Virus record (IMG/VR): IMGVR_UViG_3300010885_025158
DNA from: an uncultured virus (IMG/VR IMGVR_UViG_3300010885_025158)
Lineage: Duplodnaviria; Heunggongvirae; Uroviricota; Caudoviricetes
Reading direction: 5' to 3' (one strand)
DNA length: 20,000 nucleotides
Shown: piece by piece, positions 18,216 through 20,000 of the stretch
How the letters are laid out: every line of letters begins with the position of its first letter
Numbering within the stretch: the stretch's first letter is position 1
Translations under genes and position numbers: made by a program
Notes under the pieces: generated by a model
What the model was told of the DNA's origin: nothing
Database searches by the model: none
The model's input: the letters and a program-made list of their open reading frames with translations, nothing else

Positions 18216-18244
18216 ATTATACTAAATTCAAGGATTTGTGTCAA
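18216..18244 (-). promoter_or_regulatory. perfect consensus sigma70 promoter TTGACA-17-TATAAT
   Basis: + strand ATTATA at 18216-18221 and TGTCAA at 18239-18244. Confidence 0.85.
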
Positions 18245-18255
18245 GTTTAGATAAT

Positions 18256-18330
18256 TGGTACCTGGTGACGGGTTCGAACCGCCGACCTTCGCCGTGTAAA
18301 AGCACTGCTCTACCGCTGAGCTAACCAGGC
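18256..18330 (-). tRNA. tRNA-Val(TAC)
   Basis: GCCTGGT acceptor, AGCTCAGCGGTAGAGC D arm, loop TTTACAC, GGTTCGAACC T arm, ACCA end. Confidence 0.9.
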
Positions 18331-18402
18331 AATTCCAACTGTTACCTTACGCTAAACCGTTGGCGTTTTTGCGGCCTTTTTTAAAGTCACATAGGAACTG
18401 AC

Positions 18403-18476
18403 TGGAGCAGGGTGCGAGAATCGAACTCGCAACCGAAGATTGGAAATCTGCTGTTTTACCACTAAACTAACCCTGC
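18403..18476 (-). tRNA. tRNA-Gly(TCC)
   Basis: GCAGGGT/ACCCTGC acceptor, loop TTTCCAA, GTTCGATTC T arm, TCCA end (U73 fits Gly). Confidence 0.92.
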
Positions 18477-18484
18477 AAAAAATC

Positions 18485-18559
18485 TGGAGCAGGATGTCGG
18501 GTTCGAACCGACGACATTCTCGTTGGCAACGAGACATTCTACCACTGAATTAATCCTGC
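18485..18559 (-). tRNA. tRNA-Gly(GCC)
   Basis: GCAGGAT/ATCCTGC acceptor, TCTCG-TTGCCAA-CGAGA anticodon arm, TCCA end. Confidence 0.93.
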
Positions 18560-18560
18560 G

Positions 18561-18652
18561 TGGCGGAAGACGGAGGAGTCGAACCCCATCCCTGTTAAGA
18601 GAACCTGGTTTTCAAGGCCAGTCGCAGGACCAACCCCGCTGCATCATCTTCC
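18561..18652 (-). tRNA. tRNA-Ser(TGA)
   Basis: GGAAGAT/GTCTTCC acceptor, loop CTTGAAA, long variable arm, GGTTCGACTCC T arm, GCCA end (G73 fits Ser). Confidence 0.92.
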
Positions 18653-18656
18653 AAGA

Positions 18657-18730
18657 CTAGTTATTTTTGTGTCAGGAAACTAGCAAACCCCGTGAGCGCA
18701 GCCCATCCTGTTTTCGCGTCAGCGGAGCCA
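18657..18730 (-). ncRNA. unidentified structured RNA candidate (two hairpins plus an H-type pseudoknot)
   Basis: GC-rich non-coding spacer. Pseudoknot pairings CGGGG/TCCTG and CTAGTT/AACTAG; hairpin TGGGC-TGC-GCTCA. Shares motif words with the tmRNA pseudoknot. Confidence 0.5.
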
Positions 18731-18734
18731 GAAG

Positions 18735-19331
18735 CTAAGAAGCATTTGTAGACAGGTCTGGCAATTTTTCTTTGCGTGATTCAATCAATTTGTTGATACG
18801 CTCAAGCACTTGTTCTGAAGTCATCCAAATGTCTTTGTTGTGCAACATAGCTTGGATTTCTTCGGTAGTTAAAAAATCTTTGTATACTTCGGTTAAGAAC
18901 TGTTCTGACCAAGCTCGTTCAAACTGAACTTGATCGTACATTTCTCCGCCTTTACCAAATACTCCAGCCGAATAGTTGTGAAACATAAATAAGCTGTGTG
19001 GAGTTATTTCGTAACTGTGTCCTGACAAAAAGATCATGGTTGCAGCACTCATACAAGCACCTTCTACACTAGTGGTGATGTGCGCAGCACTTTCACCCAT
19101 TACGCGTAAGAATTGAATTGCGCTATATAAGTCTCCGCCACAACTGTTGATATGAAACTTAATCTCATCGTACTGTCGTGCATTGCGGATAATATCAAAC
19201 CAGCTAGTATAATTTTCCGGCTCTAGTAGTTCTCCAGACAAATAAAACTCGTAAGAATTACTTGTGTTTTTGGTAAAAAACTCTGTTGACCCCAATTTAG
19301 GGTCAAGTAAATCATCTAGGCTATTTGTCAT
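18735..19331 (-). CDS. clpP: ClpP-like serine protease
   Basis: YLSGE, INSCGG, catalytic Ser in ACMSAAT, His in FMFHN, Asp in KDIWMT. Confidence 0.88.
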   Translation of the reverse strand: MTNSLDDLLDPKLGSTEFFTKNTSNSYEFYLSGELLEPENYTSWFDIIRNARQYDEIKFHINSCGGDLYSAIQFLRVMGESAAHITTSVEGACMSAATMIFLSGHSYEITPHSLFMFHNYSAGVFGKGGEMYDQVQFERAWSEQFLTEVYKDFLTTEEIQAMLHNKDIWMTSEQVLERINKLIESRKEKLPDLSTNAS

Positions 19332-19343
19332 GTTATTTTATAA

Positions 19344-19886
19344 TTAGAAGCTAAACCCTACTCCGAGACCATAAGCATTTTCTTGAATATCTTGATAGCT
19401 TTTGCTAGCATTTAAGTTTAATACAACGTTCTTAAGAACTGGGTAGCTATACGTACCAAATACAACTGATTGTTTAGTTTCAGTTGTAGCAGTTGTGCCT
19501 ACGCGAGTTTTTACACCAGCTAAAGCAAAACCAGGGCCAACCTTTAAACCAGCAGTTGCACCAACTAAGCCGTATTTATAGTCTGAGTTACGAGCACCAT
19601 TAAGCCCATTGTCAAGACCAACACCAACAAAAGGTGTAACGCCAAACATGGATTTACCAGCTGTAACTTCTAGGCTATGAATCATGCCACCAGTTTCAAA
19701 TGTGGCTGTACGGCCTTGTGCACCTAACTGAATGCCACTAACTTCTTTACCAGCACGAATATACTGAGCAGTACTGCGAGCACCAGAAGCCTGATCGTTA
19801 ACACTATCGATGTCAACGCTAAAATAATCAGCAGCAGATGCCGCACATGATAAAGCAACTAAAGTTGCAGTTAAGACTTTTTTCAT
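19344..19886 (-). CDS. outer-membrane beta-barrel (porin-like) protein with signal peptide
   Basis: Start MKKVLTATLVALSCAASA|AD with AAGGA SD; alternating amphipathic strands; C-terminal YGLGVGFSF BAM-type beta-signal ending in Phe. Confidence 0.8.
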   Translation of the reverse strand: MKKVLTATLVALSCAASAADYFSVDIDSVNDQASGARSTAQYIRAGKEVSGIQLGAQGRTATFETGGMIHSLEVTAGKSMFGVTPFVGVGLDNGLNGARNSDYKYGLVGATAGLKVGPGFALAGVKTRVGTTATTETKQSVVFGTYSYPVLKNVVLNLNASKSYQDIQENAYGLGVGFSF

Positions 19887-19902
19887 AAAATTCCTTGTTA
19901 AT

Positions 19903-20000
19903 GCCAACTTATTCTGTTACGAGGAAAGTTGGCGGAAACCCTAAGCAGTGTTTAGGCTGCTAATGCGAACTGTGAGTCGTTTGCGTTTACTTTTTGTTTA
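19903..20000 (-). ncRNA. ssrA: tmRNA, tag-coding region (5' part beyond the window; probably the coding piece of a permuted gene)
   Basis: Tag frame 19984-19952: GCA AAC GAC TCA CAG TTC GCA TTA GCA GCC TAA = ANDSQFALAA*. A-rich resume context AAAAAGTAAAC upstream, hairpin AGCAG/CTGCT over the stop codon, then a pseudoknot. Confidence 0.9.

Noticed and set aside
18352..18537. 61-aa ORF
   Set aside because: It overlaps two clear tRNA-Gly genes.
18657..18692. Firm call of a preQ1-I riboswitch or hammerhead ribozyme
   Set aside because: The element precedes a tRNA rather than a CDS and has no expression platform. The hammerhead core CUGANGA is not matched (CTGACGC).
18561..19903. tmRNA interrupted by the OMP and clpP genes, with its 3' half downstream
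   Set aside because: The next T arm/CCA downstream belongs to a complete tRNA-Ser (G73), not an Ala-type acceptor half.
1..20000. CRISPR array, integrase or transposon
   Set aside because: I saw no regularly spaced direct repeats and no recombinase or transposase motifs by eye.

Overview
A 20-kb segment of an AT-rich, T5-like (Demerecviridae-type) lytic phage genome, with essentially all genes on the minus strand. Reading in transcription order (right to left): the tag-coding end of a tmRNA (tag ANDSQFALAA*), a signal-peptide outer-membrane beta-barrel gene, a ClpP-like protease, an unexplained ~75-nt structured element, four tRNAs (Ser-TGA, Gly-GCC, Gly-TCC, Val-TAC), a metallophosphoesterase, a tRNA-CAT and small hypothetical genes. 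These are followed by the T5-type replication/recombination module: D3, D2, PC4-like, split NAD+ ligase A/B, D5, DnaB-like helicase, primase, PolA, D10 helicase, D11, SbcD/D12, glutaredoxin, SbcC/D13, D14 and the start of D15. Eight sigma70-type promoters (TTGnnn-17-TATAAT) and three intrinsic terminators are visible. The main highlights are three. (1) The tmRNA stops right after one pseudoknot with no tRNA-like 3' end, which predicts a circularly permuted two-piece tmRNA. (2) A second copy of the same pseudoknot motif closes an unidentified small RNA-like element between clpP and tRNA-Ser. (3) tmRNA, ClpP and tRNAs cluster as a possible phage ribosome-rescue and proteolysis module. All homology calls come from motif recognition and recalled T5 gene order, not from database searches.
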